64,000 nucleotides of DNA from a bacterium (GTDB lineage Bacteria; Patescibacteriota; Minisyncoccia; UBA6257; GWB1-50-10): NCBI GenBank assembly GCA_021814165.1, contig JAKAIX010000001.1:77623-141622 (forward strand), in the 5' to 3' direction. Both the position numbers and the translations under genes were made by a program. Below the pieces are notes generated by a model. It saw only the letters and a program-made list of their open reading frames with translations. It was not told where the DNA came from and did no database searches. Below are positions 36,630-45,798 of the stretch, piece by piece. Positions within the stretch are counted from its first letter, which is position 1; each line of letters begins with the position of its first letter.

Positions 36630-37004
36630 ATGGTACTACTGGTAGGTTTCAAGAGAGATTTTTTTCAAGAGCTTCCTCTTTCACTCTTCGCAAAAGGTTC
36701 AATTCAGAGAGTACATGCACTGGAGGAGGCAGAACATATCATCTCGGAAGATCTTTCTGAGATAAAAGTCGTAGCGATAGATCAAACTCTTATGTCTGAT
36801 GAGAAAGTGATTCCGACAGGGGAGTTTGTTGAGAGAATAAGATCAATATATAAGGGACCTATTCTCATTGTTACCGACTCCCATAATAAATGGAGGGTGA
36901 TGAAAAAACTCGGCGCTACTCACTGGTGCCCGCAATGGAACACTGCCAATCTAATAACCAAAATAATTGAAGGAAAACCGACGGAGGTCGAATGTTCTAC
37001 CTAA
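36630..37004 (+). CDS. Degenerate receiver-like domain protein
   Basis: VVAIDQ...T.EFVERIR..YKGPILIVTD...LGATH pattern. Confidence 0.5.
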   Translation: MVLLVGFKRDFFQELPLSLFAKGSIQRVHALEEAEHIISEDLSEIKVVAIDQTLMSDEKVIPTGEFVERIRSIYKGPILIVTDSHNKWRVMKKLGATHWCPQWNTANLITKIIEGKPTEVECST

Positions 37005-37255
37005 AGGTAACACTTCTTGGGGAGGGGAAAATTATAGGCCCTTTCCATAACGAAGAAGAAAAAGAAAGAACGATAGAAAACCTAAAGAGAACTGCAAATT
37101 CTGTTGTTTGTAGCAATAACCAAACTCTTGCTACGAACGGGTTACAGATGACAAACATTTCTTCTCAAAGAAAGCTAGATACGGTTTCCAAGACGGACCT
37201 AATGTACTTCTTGACTCACCTTGTCCATCTGGATGTATTCAATCTCGCCGCATAG
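36992..37255 (+). CDS. Hypothetical protein
   Basis: 87-aa ORF overlapping the previous stop; followed by a hairpin at 37272-37296. Confidence 0.55.
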   Translation: MFYLKVTLLGEGKIIGPFHNEEEKERTIENLKRTANSVVCSNNQTLATNGLQMTNISSQRKLDTVSKTDLMYFLTHLVHLDVFNLAA

Positions 37256-37356
37256 TGATTATATTGACAACAAAGGCAATCTAAAAGATTGCCTTTCGTC
37301 CTTTTCAGGCCGAATGCTATACTATAGATAACTTAACAAAAGAAAAAGGTGAGAAT

Positions 37357-37587
37357 ATGGGAACACAATATGAGGTTTCTTTCAAAATCTCTTTCAAGAA
37401 GAATGGCGCAGATACCACGAGAGAGAATTTCCTGCAAGAAACCCTCTTTTTCGATAAATCCACGACGCTAGAGGACATGAACAGCAGGATAGAAACCCAC
37501 GCGAAGAGCGTGTGTTCGAAAGAAAATTGGAAATTCCAGAAAATAAAAGAGATAACGATATTAACAAACAACGAAGGCGATCACTGA
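37357..37587 (+). CDS. Hypothetical protein
   Basis: 76-aa ORF with an AAGGTGA SD-like site upstream. Confidence 0.55.
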   Translation: MGTQYEVSFKISFKKNGADTTRENFLQETLFFDKSTTLEDMNSRIETHAKSVCSKENWKFQKIKEITILTNNEGDH

Positions 37588-37643
37588 TCGTCTTCTGTAT
37601 TATTTTATTGGTAAGAAGATGATAAATAAACTATGATGAGAAC

Positions 37644-38225
37644 ATGGAAAAACGAGTTTTCATTGTTCACGGATGGGACGGATACCCCGAAGAGGGGTGG
37701 TTTCCGTGGCTCAAAAAAGAACTGGAGGGCAGGGGATTTGAGGTACACGTGCCTCAGCTCCCCGATGCAAAATACCCGAAACTTGAGAAGTGGGTTCCCG
37801 CACTCGCCGAAGCGGTAGGAGAAGTTAATGATCACACCTATTTTGTGGGGCACAGCATGGGAACGAAGACGATTATAAAATACTGTGAAGGGCTACCCGA
37901 AGGAACGAAGATTGGGGGAATAGTATTTGTTGCAGGGTTTCTGAAACGACTTACGGGACTTGAGGATGATCCAGAGGTTCATGAATACGCAGAAAACTGG
38001 CTTGGAGCACCAGTCGACCTGGAGAAAGCGAGATCACACTTCGAAAAAAGCATCGCCATCTTCTCGGACAACGATCACTATGTCCCTCTCGATAACGCGG
38101 ACGATTTTCGGGACAAGCTCGGATCGAAGATAGTAATTGAGCATAATATGGGCCATTTCAGCGGTTCCGGAGGGATTACCGAGCTCCCTGTTGCGCTCGA
38201 GTCTTTTCTCGAAATTGCCCAATAA
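37644..38225 (+). CDS. RBBP9/YdeN-family alpha/beta hydrolase
   Basis: IVHGW...WFPWLK..L, GHSMG, SDND.YVP, GHFS. Confidence 0.9.
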   Translation: MEKRVFIVHGWDGYPEEGWFPWLKKELEGRGFEVHVPQLPDAKYPKLEKWVPALAEAVGEVNDHTYFVGHSMGTKTIIKYCEGLPEGTKIGGIVFVAGFLKRLTGLEDDPEVHEYAENWLGAPVDLEKARSHFEKSIAIFSDNDHYVPLDNADDFRDKLGSKIVIEHNMGHFSGSGGITELPVALESFLEIAQ

Positions 38226-38227
38226 CT

Positions 38228-38295
38228 CAATATTATCGAGGCCGGGCCTCGATAATTTTGGGGATAACTTTATTGAGGCCGTGCCTCGATAGATT
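38228..38295. repeat. Two REP-like palindromes separated by TGGGGATAACT
   Basis: CAATATTATCGAGGCCGGGCCTCGATAATTTTG and TATTGAGGCCGTGCCTCGATAGATT. Confidence 0.9.
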
Positions 38296-38435
38296 GGTAA
38301 AATAACCCTCATTCTACCTAGCTTTTTTGACCTTTTTTGGGGTTTCTTTTTAATAGCGGATCTGCTATAATGAAGACAATAAAAGAGAGCCAAGAGAGCG
38401 GCTTTTTTGTTGATAGGATATAGAAAAACAAACCA

Positions 38436-40391
38436 ATGCCAAAGAAAAAAGAAGCAGAAAAAGAACCGAAAAAAGAGACAAAAAACGAGCAAAAATCCTC
38501 CTACGACGCGAAAGACATCTATGTCTTGGAGGGCCTGGAACCGGTAAGGAGAAGGCCCGGAATGTACATCGGCTCCACGGGGGTTGATGGACTCCATCAT
38601 TTGATCTGGGAAGTCGTCGACAACTCGATCGACGAAGCGATGGCGGGGTATGCGAAACACATCACCGTCGAGATATCGAAAGACAGCCGCATAGCGGTCA
38701 CGGACGATGGCCGCGGCATTCCCGTCGATATTCATCCGCAGACGAAGAAATCGGCGCTCGAAACCGTGTTAACCACGCTTCATGCCGGAGGAAAATTCGG
38801 CGGCGAATCGTATAAAGTTTCCGGAGGTCTTCACGGCGTCGGCGTTTCCGTCGTAAACGCACTCTCAAAATGGCTCAAAGTCGAGGTGCAAAGAAACGGA
38901 ACGGTGTACACGCAGGAATACGTCCGGGGCACCCCGAAAGGAAACGTAAAGAAAAACGGAATCTCAAAGGGAACCGGCACGAAAGTAACGTTCGATGCGG
39001 ATCCGGAAATTTTCCAGAAAATAGAATATGACAGGAAAAAAATCCTGGACCACCTGCGTCAGCAGGCATACCTCACAAAAGGAGTACGAATCAGCTTCGT
39101 GGATGAACGCGGGGAACAACCTTTTTTCTACGGGTTCTATTTCGATGGAGGACTTAAATCATTCATTCGACATCTGCTTGAAGGGGAAACGGCGCTCCAG
39201 AGCGAACCTTTCTATATGCACAAGAATCACGAATCGATCGATATCGAAGTGGCATTCACGTACGTGGAAGATCAGGAATCGAGGGAATTGAGCTTCGCGA
39301 ACAATATTTATACGCCTGACGGCGGTATGCACCTCACCGGACTTCGGTCCGCGCTTACAAGAACGCTCAACGATTACGCACGCACCGAAAACTACCTGAA
39401 AGAAAACGACGACAATCTCACGGGAGATGACATTCGGGAAGGAATCATCGCAATCGTGTCGGTTAAGATTCCCGAGCCGCAATTCGAGGGACAAACAAAG
39501 GCGCGTCTGGGGAATCCCGAGGCGAGAACGGCCGTCGAGGCGGTGGTAAACGAAGCACTCAAGGAATTTCTTGAACGTCATTCGGCCGATGCGAGAAAGA
39601 TAATCGAGAAGAACCTCCTCGCCGCAAAAGCAAGGAAGGCCGCAAAAGCCGCGAAGGATACCGTGCTCCGCAAGGGCGCGCTGGAAGGTCTTACACTGCC
39701 GGGGAAGCTTGCGGACTGTTCATCGAGGAAGGCGGAGGATTCCGAGATCTTCATCGTGGAAGGCGATTCCGCAGGAGGAAGCGCAAAACAGGGAAGAGAC
39801 CGGCGTTTTCAGGCCATTCTCCCGCTCAAAGGAAAAATCTTGAACGTAGAAAAATCCCGCATCGATAAGATGCTTGCAAACAAAGAGGTCCGATCGCTCG
39901 TGATAGCGCTCGGGACGGCGATCTCCGAGAATTTCGACATCGAGAAACTCCGTTATCATAAAATCATCCTCATGACGGATGCCGATGTGGACGGTGCGCA
40001 CATCACGACGCTTCTCCTTACGCTCTTCTACCGCTATTTCCCGAAGATCGTCGAGGACGGTTATCTTTATCTCGCCCAACCGCCGCTCTTTCGCGTTCAG
40101 AAGGGAAAAGAATTCCAGTATGCATATACGGAGAACGAACGCGATCGAATCGCAAAAAAGATGGGGGAGCAGGGAGTTACTATCCAACGCTATAAAGGTT
40201 TGGGAGAAATGAATCCGACACAACTCTGGGAAACAACCATGAACCCCGAAACGCGGCTCTTGAAGCAGATTATGATCGAGGACACCGTCGAGGCCGACAA
40301 ACTCTTCGACGTGCTTATGGGAGAAGTGGTGGAACCACGCAAAAATTTCATTCAGGCGCATGCACTTACCGTGAAGAATTTGGATGTGTAA
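38436..40391 (+). CDS. gyrB: DNA gyrase subunit B
   Basis: EPVRRRPGMYIG, LHAGGKF, VEGDSAGGSAK, MTDADVDG, QRYKGLGEMN. Confidence 0.97.
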   Translation: MPKKKEAEKEPKKETKNEQKSSYDAKDIYVLEGLEPVRRRPGMYIGSTGVDGLHHLIWEVVDNSIDEAMAGYAKHITVEISKDSRIAVTDDGRGIPVDIHPQTKKSALETVLTTLHAGGKFGGESYKVSGGLHGVGVSVVNALSKWLKVEVQRNGTVYTQEYVRGTPKGNVKKNGISKGTGTKVTFDADPEIFQKIEYDRKKILDHLRQQAYLTKGVRISFVDERGEQPFFYGFYFDGGLKSFIRHLLEGETALQSEPFYMHKNHESIDIEVAFTYVEDQESRELSFANNIYTPDGGMHLTGLRSALTRTLNDYARTENYLKENDDNLTGDDIREGIIAIVSVKIPEPQFEGQTKARLGNPEARTAVEAVVNEALKEFLERHSADARKIIEKNLLAAKARKAAKAAKDTVLRKGALEGLTLPGKLADCSSRKAEDSEIFIVEGDSAGGSAKQGRDRRFQAILPLKGKILNVEKSRIDKMLANKEVRSLVIALGTAISENFDIEKLRYHKIILMTDADVDGAHITTLLLTLFYRYFPKIVEDGYLYLAQPPLFRVQKGKEFQYAYTENERDRIAKKMGEQGVTIQRYKGLGEMNPTQLWETTMNPETRLLKQIMIEDTVEADKLFDVLMGEVVEPRKNFIQAHALTVKNLDV

Positions 40392-40414
40392 TTCTTTTCT
40401 TAACGCGCGATAAC

Positions 40415-40493
40415 GCAGGCTGGTAAACCGAAAAAGTGTGCGCTCCGGGCCGCTTGGCCAAGTCTTACCCACTTTTTCGCCATACCAGCCTGC
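40415..40493 (-). repeat. Structured dispersed element, copy 3 (inverted)
   Basis: Minus-strand core GGGTAAGACTTGGCCAAGCGGCCCGGAGCGC inside stems GCAGGCTGGTA/TACCAGCCTGC and CGAAAAAGTG/CACTTTTTCG. A T-run follows on the plus strand. Confidence 0.9.
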
Positions 40494-40517
40494 TTTTTGT
40501 TTATCCGGAGAAAAGAA

Positions 40518-40546
40518 TTGACTTAGGGGGGGAGGTGGGATAGTAT
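40518..40546 (+). promoter_or_regulatory. rplJL promoter
   Basis: TTGACT-17 nt-TAGTAT. Confidence 0.65.
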
Positions 40547-40552
40547 TGTAGT

Positions 40553-40663
40553 AATCCGTAGACAGCGGGCATCCCGAGCGAAAAAGGGAAGAGGTCCCGC
40601 CGAATGGAAGAGAATTAAGGGTCGATTCTTCTTTGGCAATCTGCGGAAATACGCGGATTTTTT
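40553..40663 (+). promoter_or_regulatory. Ribosomal protein L10 leader
   Basis: CCGTAGACAGCGGG...CCCGCCGA resembles the L10-leader core; terminator-like hairpin 40638-40663; directly upstream of rplJ. Confidence 0.75.
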
Positions 40664-40679
40664 ATTTATAGCGAACCAC

Positions 40680-41177
40680 ATGAAAACGAAAGAACAGAAG
40701 AAAGAACAGATTGAGTTGGGTATAAAACACCTCGACAAGAACGAGACGGTGCTTTTTACCGACTTCACGGGTCTGAACGCGAACGATTTGAACGCGCTCC
40801 GGAGAGCGGTAAAAGAACTGGGAGGAAAAATGATTGTAATGAAAAAGCGACTTTTGAAGCTCTCGCTCGCATCGAAGGGAATTGAGTTCGATTCGAAACA
40901 GTTCGAGGGCCAGGCGGGAGTTATTTTCTCGCCGAAGGATATCGTGGAAACTTCGGGAGTCGTCTATAAGTTCGGCAAGCCGTTTATCGCAAAGAGTATC
41001 TTTAAGATGCTCGGCGGACTGCATATTGGCGAGAAACGATTCGTAAGCGCGGAAGAAGTTCTGATGCTCGGGCAATTGCCGCCACGTGAGGTGCTTCTGG
41101 GACAACTTGTCGGCATGATCGCCGCACCTATCCGCTCATTCATGTTCGTACTTGATCAAAAAGCGAAACAATCGTAA
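40680..41177 (+). CDS. rplJ: 50S ribosomal protein L10
   Basis: FTDFTGL...LRR...VMKKRLL...[12 protein letters not shown]; upstream of rplL. Confidence 0.95.
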   Translation: MKTKEQKKEQIELGIKHLDKNETVLFTDFTGLNANDLNALRRAVKELGGKMIVMKKRLLKLSLASKGIEFDSKQFEGQAGVIFSPKDIVETSGVVYKFGKPFIAKSIFKMLGGLHIGEKRFVSAEEVLMLGQLPPREVLLGQLVGMIAAPIRSFMFVLDQKAKQS

Positions 41178-41202
41178 AAAGTCGAAAAATACAATTAACA
41201 CC

Positions 41203-41568
41203 ATGGAAAAATTCAAAGACATAATCGAGAAAATCGAGAAACTCTCCGTTGCGGAGCTCGCTGAGCTCGTACACGCACTCGAGGAAAAATTTGGCGTCTC
41301 TGCTGCCGCAATGGCGGTCGCCGGAGGAGCCGGAGCGGGCGCGGCAGCGGAAGAAAAAACGTCTTTTGACGTAGTCCTTAAGGCAGGAGGCGATCAGAAG
41401 ATCAATGTTATCAAGGCGGTCCGTGAAGCGACCGGACTCGGGCTCAAGGAAGCCAAGGATCTGGTTGACGGAGCACCGAAGACCGTAAAAGAAGGTCTTA
41501 AGAAGGAAGAGGCCGACGAACTCAAGAAGAAACTTGAAGAGGTCGGTGCAACTGTCGAAATCAAGTAA
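41203..41568 (+). CDS. rplL: 50S ribosomal protein L7/L12
   Basis: [11 protein letters not shown]...[10 protein letters not shown]...[11 protein letters not shown]. Confidence 0.98.
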   Translation: MEKFKDIIEKIEKLSVAELAELVHALEEKFGVSAAAMAVAGGAGAGAAAEEKTSFDVVLKAGGDQKINVIKAVREATGLGLKEAKDLVDGAPKTVKEGLKKEEADELKKKLEEVGATVEIK

Positions 41569-41587
41569 TTCTCTCTCGATTTGCGAC

Positions 41588-41625
41588 AATAAAACTCCAC
41601 GGCCACAAGGTCGTGGAGTTTTATT
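41588..41625 (+). terminator. rplL terminator
   Basis: AATAAAACTCCACG-loop-CGTGGAGTTTTATT. Confidence 0.8.
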
Positions 41626-41678
41626 TGCAAAAACACTCCAGGAGTATCTACAATAGAAAAAGCTCCTAAAAGAAATCT

Positions 41679-41710
41679 CAATCTATCGAGGCCGGGCCTC
41701 GATAATATTG
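41679..41710. repeat. REP-like palindrome
   Basis: CAATCTATCGAGGCCGGGCCTCGATAATATTG followed by GGGATAACT. Confidence 0.9.
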
Positions 41711-41723
41711 GGGATAACTTCAA

Positions 41724-41797
41724 GGGCGTTTAGCTCAGTTGGTTAGAGCGTTGCATTCACATTGCAAAGGTCACTGGTTCGAGTCCAGTAACGCCCA
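41724..41797 (+). tRNA. tRNA-Val(CAC)
   Basis: Acceptor GGGCGTT/AACGCCC, anticodon arm TTGCA TT CAC AT TGCAA, T-loop GGTTCGAGTCC. Confidence 0.96.
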
Positions 41798-41799
41798 CT

Positions 41800-42378
41800 A
41801 TGGAATCTTTGAGCATCGATAAAACAAAGACCGCGCTTGTGATAATTGATCTTCAGAAGGGAATTGTAGAACGTCCTTCCGAGCCGTATTCGTCAGATTC
41901 CGTCGTCGCAAACGCCGCTAAACTCGCTGACGGATTTAGAAAATGCGGGATGCCGGTTTTTCTCGTGCACGTGACACCGTCTATTGATATGAAAGACGGA
42001 TTGAAACCCGTAAGTGATGAACCGATGCCCGCGAGGCAAATCACAACCGAATGGAGTGAGATCGTTCCGGAGCTGGGTCCGAAGCCGGAGGATTTCGTCA
42101 TTACAAAGCGGCAATGGGGTGCATTTTATGGAACGGAGCTGGATCTTCAACTTCGAAGAAGGGGGATCGACACTATCGTACTCTGCGGCATCTCGACAAA
42201 CATCGGCGTCGAAAGCACCGCGAGATTTGCCTACGAGTACGGCTACAACCAAATATTCGCGGAGGATGCCATGACCGCACACTCAAAGGAGGGACACAAT
42301 GCTACGGTAAAATTGATTTTTCCGAGAATAGGGCGAGTAAGGAAAACAGAAGAAATACTCCAAGAGCTAGAGCTATGA
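41800..42378 (+). CDS. Isochorismatase-family cysteine hydrolase
   Basis: ALVIIDLQ, ITKRQWGAFYGT.L, GISTNIGVESTAR. Confidence 0.92.
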   Translation: MESLSIDKTKTALVIIDLQKGIVERPSEPYSSDSVVANAAKLADGFRKCGMPVFLVHVTPSIDMKDGLKPVSDEPMPARQITTEWSEIVPELGPKPEDFVITKRQWGAFYGTELDLQLRRRGIDTIVLCGISTNIGVESTARFAYEYGYNQIFAEDAMTAHSKEGHNATVKLIFPRIGRVRKTEEILQELEL

Positions 42379-43166
42379 AAATCGTCAGCTTCAACATAGG
42401 AATGAAGATCGATAACAGTAAGGAAGTTGCCAGACTATTAAAAGAGCAAGATCCCGACATTATATGTCTGCAAGAGGTGATCCGGCATCTCTCTGACTCC
42501 GCTTACCATAAGTTTCAATCCAAGGCGATTATAGATAAATATCTTGACCGTACCTATCGTTACAGATTCTTTGGTCCACAATGGATCTCCCGCGCTGTCT
42601 ACAAACATGGGAAACTTCATCGTGATTACGGTGGATTAGTGGAACAGGGTAATTACATTCTTTCGAAGTATCCGATCGTGGAAGCGACAAACGAGCACTA
42701 TTTCAAACACTACTCTCTGGAGATAGACCACACAAATTTCGAAAATATCGATCATCCTCGTTCGGTAGCGATAGCCACCCTAAAAATCAAAGGCAAGAAA
42801 CTGACGATATTCAATTTGCACGGAACATATAGCACCCGTAAAGGGGATACTCCACGCTCCATCGCGCAGGCGAAGTACATTGTGAAGCGAGCGAAAGAGT
42901 TCAAAAATCCGCTCATACTCATAGGAGATTTCAACGTGACGCCGGATACAAAAACAATGAAGATTATAAACCGGGAATTCGACAATATAATGAATCATTT
43001 TCCCGTCACACAGACACTCCCTTATTTCAAGGGAAAAAAAGACAACAAGATGATAGTCGACTACGTTCTCACCAACAAAAAGGTTCGGGCCATAAATTTC
43101 CAAGTATATAGGAGTAATATCTCGGATCATCTGCCGCTCATATTCGACTTCGCAATAAAACAATGA
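42375..43166 (+). CDS. Endonuclease/exonuclease/phosphatase family protein
   Basis: VSFNI, DIICLQEV, GDFN, VDYV, SDHLP. Start ATG 42375. Confidence 0.9.
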   Translation: MKIVSFNIGMKIDNSKEVARLLKEQDPDIICLQEVIRHLSDSAYHKFQSKAIIDKYLDRTYRYRFFGPQWISRAVYKHGKLHRDYGGLVEQGNYILSKYPIVEATNEHYFKHYSLEIDHTNFENIDHPRSVAIATLKIKGKKLTIFNLHGTYSTRKGDTPRSIAQAKYIVKRAKEFKNPLILIGDFNVTPDTKTMKIINREFDNIMNHFPVTQTLPYFKGKKDNKMIVDYVLTNKKVRAINFQVYRSNISDHLPLIFDFAIKQ

Positions 43167-43741
43167 TCACGGAACAATTTCTCAAGAAGGTACGCGATTT
43201 CGCTTACGCTGAAGAAGCGAAGTTTCACACTCCGCCGAAATTTCATGTCGACTTCACTAACGAAAAAGGACTCAAACTCGCCGAGGCACTCCACGCGAAC
43301 AAAGACATCGTATCCGCCGGAACATTTCTCATGGACTCCATGCTGGGCGCCGCAATGACGGAAGGAAGATTGAAAGAACACGTAATGATGGCGGTGAAAA
43401 AAACAAAAGAGCTCTTCGGGGAATTCCCGGAACTCACGGAAGAGGAGAAAGAAAACATCCTGAATTGTGTCCGTGAACATCATGGCGCAGAACGATTTTC
43501 CTCCCTCGAGTCGGAAATATGCTGCAACGCAGACTGTTATAGATTTTTGAGCATGGAGGGAGTCGTCGGTGGAATGAAAAACTTCAGAGAAATGGAGAAG
43601 AAAGAATTGATAGATCTATTCTTAAAGAAAGGAGAAGAGAAATGGAACGTGTTGAGTTTATCGGGATGCAAGAAAGAGTTGGAACCGCAATACCAGGCTG
43701 TAAAGGTACTTCTTCAAAGAATGAAGGGAGAAGAGAAATGA
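43163..43741 (+). CDS. HD-domain-like protein
   Basis: FHV...LMD (H replaced by M)...EHH...NADC pattern. Confidence 0.6.
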   Translation: MITEQFLKKVRDFAYAEEAKFHTPPKFHVDFTNEKGLKLAEALHANKDIVSAGTFLMDSMLGAAMTEGRLKEHVMMAVKKTKELFGEFPELTEEEKENILNCVREHHGAERFSSLESEICCNADCYRFLSMEGVVGGMKNFREMEKKELIDLFLKKGEEKWNVLSLSGCKKELEPQYQAVKVLLQRMKGEEK

Positions 43742-43821
43742 ATCGGCAGGGAAATGCAAGTTGTTGATAACTTCGCCCGGAAACCGCTAAAAATCTAAGG
43801 AAACACCATACTTCTTTTCAG

Positions 43822-43847
43822 AACCGCCCGTGGGGGAGCGGTTTTTT
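43822..43847 (+). terminator. Terminator-like hairpin
   Basis: AACCGC-loop-GCGGTTTTTT. Confidence 0.55.
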
Positions 43848-43859
43848 GTTTCCCTAGAA

Positions 43860-43907
43860 AGTGGTACAATAGTGTATGAAAGTGGTGAATAGTGGATAAG
43901 TATGGGG
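43860..43907 (+). promoter_or_regulatory. MraZ-binding direct repeats
   Basis: AGTGG/AGTGT/AGTGG/AGTGG/TATGG at 43860, 43871, 43881, 43891 and 43901 (about 10-nt period), upstream of mraZ. Confidence 0.75.
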
Positions 43908-43936
43908 ATAACACCCGAATCTGGGGATAAGTAGGG

Positions 43937-44021
43937 TCTCTATACTGCATTCCCCTTCGCTCGGGCGCTCCGGGCCGCTTGGCCAAGTCATACCCTCGCT
44001 CAGAGGAATGCAGCATAGAGA
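43937..44021 (-). repeat. Structured dispersed element, copy 4 (inverted)
   Basis: Minus-strand core GAGCGAGGGTATGACTTGGCCAAGCGGCCCGGAGCGCCCGAGCGA inside the stem TCTCTATGCTGCATTCC/GGAATGCAGTATAGAGA. Confidence 0.92.
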
Positions 44022-44054
44022 AAGGAGGATATAGGAAAAAACGTTGAAATCGAC

Positions 44055-44486
44055 ATGATTCTAGGTGAATACAGACATAATTTAGACACGAAAGGGCGGC
44101 TGGCTATACCGGCGAAGTTCCGCGAAAAAATAGAGGCCGGAGCCATCATCACTCGCGGACTGGACAGATGTTTATTCGTATTCGGACCGCAGGAGTGGGA
44201 AAATCTTGTTCAAAAACTCACCGCGCTTCCGCTCGCACAAGCGAACTCGAGAGCGTTTGTACGGCTTATGCTCGCGGGAGCAAGCGATGCAAAGCCGGAC
44301 ACCCAGGGAAGAATCCTGATTCCCGATTATCTTCGAAAGTATGCAGGACTGAAGAAAGGGACGGTCGTTGCCGGTCTCTACAATCGGTTCGAGATATGGG
44401 ATGAAGAGGAATGGAATGCATACAAACAGAAAACCGAATCGACATCCGATGAGATCGCGGAAAAGCTGGGAGAACTGGGTATTTAA
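44055..44486 (+). CDS. mraZ: Division/cell wall cluster transcriptional regulator MraZ
   Basis: GEY.HNLDTKGRLAIPAKFR...DTQGRILIP. Confidence 0.97.
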   Translation: MILGEYRHNLDTKGRLAIPAKFREKIEAGAIITRGLDRCLFVFGPQEWENLVQKLTALPLAQANSRAFVRLMLAGASDAKPDTQGRILIPDYLRKYAGLKKGTVVAGLYNRFEIWDEEEWNAYKQKTESTSDEIAEKLGELGI

Positions 44487-44489
44487 CGG

Positions 44490-44594
44490 AATGTCAAAAT
44501 CCAAATGACCAATGTCAAATCAATAACAAAACTTAAAAACATTTTTGCCATTTCGTTTTCTGGTTTATTTGTAATTTGGCATTTGTAATTTGGC
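44490..44594. repeat. Inverted pair of heptamer arrays
   Basis: AATGTCA AAATCCA AATGACC AATGTCA ... ATTTGTA ATTTGGC ATTTGTA ATTTGGC. Confidence 0.8.
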
Positions 44595-44598
44595 TTTT

Positions 44599-45480
44599 AT
44601 GCATATTCCCGTTCTTTTACAAGAAGTAGTGGAAATACTCGACCCGAAACCGGGAGAATTCGTCATCGACGGAACGATAAACGACGGGGGACACGCGAAG
44701 GTACTCGCACACAAAATAGGATCGAAAGGAACGCTTCTCGGCATCGATTGGGATCCGAAAGCGATCGGACGAGCCAAGGAATCGGGGAAACGGTTTCCAT
44801 CGCGAACCATCTTCGAAGAGGGGAACTATGCCGACATTCCGGGATTTCTGAAACAACGCAATCTCGGGAAAGCCGACGCGTTACTCCTCGATCTCGGGCT
44901 GTCGAGCGAGCAACTCACTCCCACAGGAAGGGGCTTCAGCTTCTCGACGAGCGAAATTCTCGACATGCGATACAGCCCGAAGGAGAAGATAACCGCCGCG
45001 CAGGTAGTGAACGGGATGCCGGAGAAAGAACTTGCGGATATCATCTACCGATTCGGAGAAGAACGTCTTTCCCGAAGAATCGCGAAGGCGATCGTAAAAG
45101 AAAGAAGGCATAAGCGGATTCTCACGACCGGGGAACTTGCGAGAATAATAAGCAGCGTCCTCCCGGCTCACTATGAGAGGGGGAGAATGCATCCCGCAAC
45201 GCGCACCTTTCAGGCGCTTCGCATCTATGTGAATCGCGAATTGGAGAACCTTTCTTCAATCCTGGATCATCTTGACCAATGCATGAAGAAGGGAGGAAGA
45301 GTCGCCGTCATCAGTTTTCATTCGCTCGAAGACAGAATCGTGAAACAAAAATTTCAGGAACTCGCAAAAGAAGGGAAGGGAACCCTCATCACAAAAAAGC
45401 CGCTACTTCCCAGCCGGGGGGAAATTTCCGCAAATCCGCGGAGCCGCTCGGCAAAGTTAAGGGCAATTCAATTTATTTAA
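44599..45480 (+). CDS. rsmH: 16S rRNA m4C1402 methyltransferase
   Basis: HIPVLL.EV, DLGLSS.Q, HPATRTFQALRI.VN.EL, ISFHSLEDRIVK, NPRSRSAKLR. Confidence 0.97.
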   Translation: MHIPVLLQEVVEILDPKPGEFVIDGTINDGGHAKVLAHKIGSKGTLLGIDWDPKAIGRAKESGKRFPSRTIFEEGNYADIPGFLKQRNLGKADALLLDLGLSSEQLTPTGRGFSFSTSEILDMRYSPKEKITAAQVVNGMPEKELADIIYRFGEERLSRRIAKAIVKERRHKRILTTGELARIISSVLPAHYERGRMHPATRTFQALRIYVNRELENLSSILDHLDQCMKKGGRVAVISFHSLEDRIVKQKFQELAKEGKGTLITKKPLLPSRGEISANPRSRSAKLRAIQFI

Positions 45481-45486
45481 AAAACC

Positions 45487-45798
45487 ATGACCATTATTCG
45501 ACCAACGTTCAATAAAAATTACATTCGTTTTTTCATACTGCTTGCCATTGTTGTGTTAGCCGGTGGCATTTTCTACGTATTCGAGTATAATTCTTTCGTA
45601 AACACTCGTTACCAGGTGACGACGCTCAGGGGCAATATCACGGAGGCGGAAACGGCAAACGCGAATCTGAAAAGTACGTATTATAAGATGACCGATCCGG
45701 TGCATCTCGAAACGTTGGTACCCCAATATCACCTCACCTTGGAACGGCGGCCAGATTATCTAGAGCAATCCAAATGGGTGTCCGATTCATCGCATTAA
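45487..45798 (+). CDS. FtsL-like cell division protein
   Basis: Short cytoplasmic N-terminus, TM, coiled coil; sits between rsmH and the PBP. Confidence 0.65.
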   Translation: MTIIRPTFNKNYIRFFILLAIVVLAGGIFYVFEYNSFVNTRYQVTTLRGNITEAETANANLKSTYYKMTDPVHLETLVPQYHLTLERRPDYLEQSKWVSDSSH

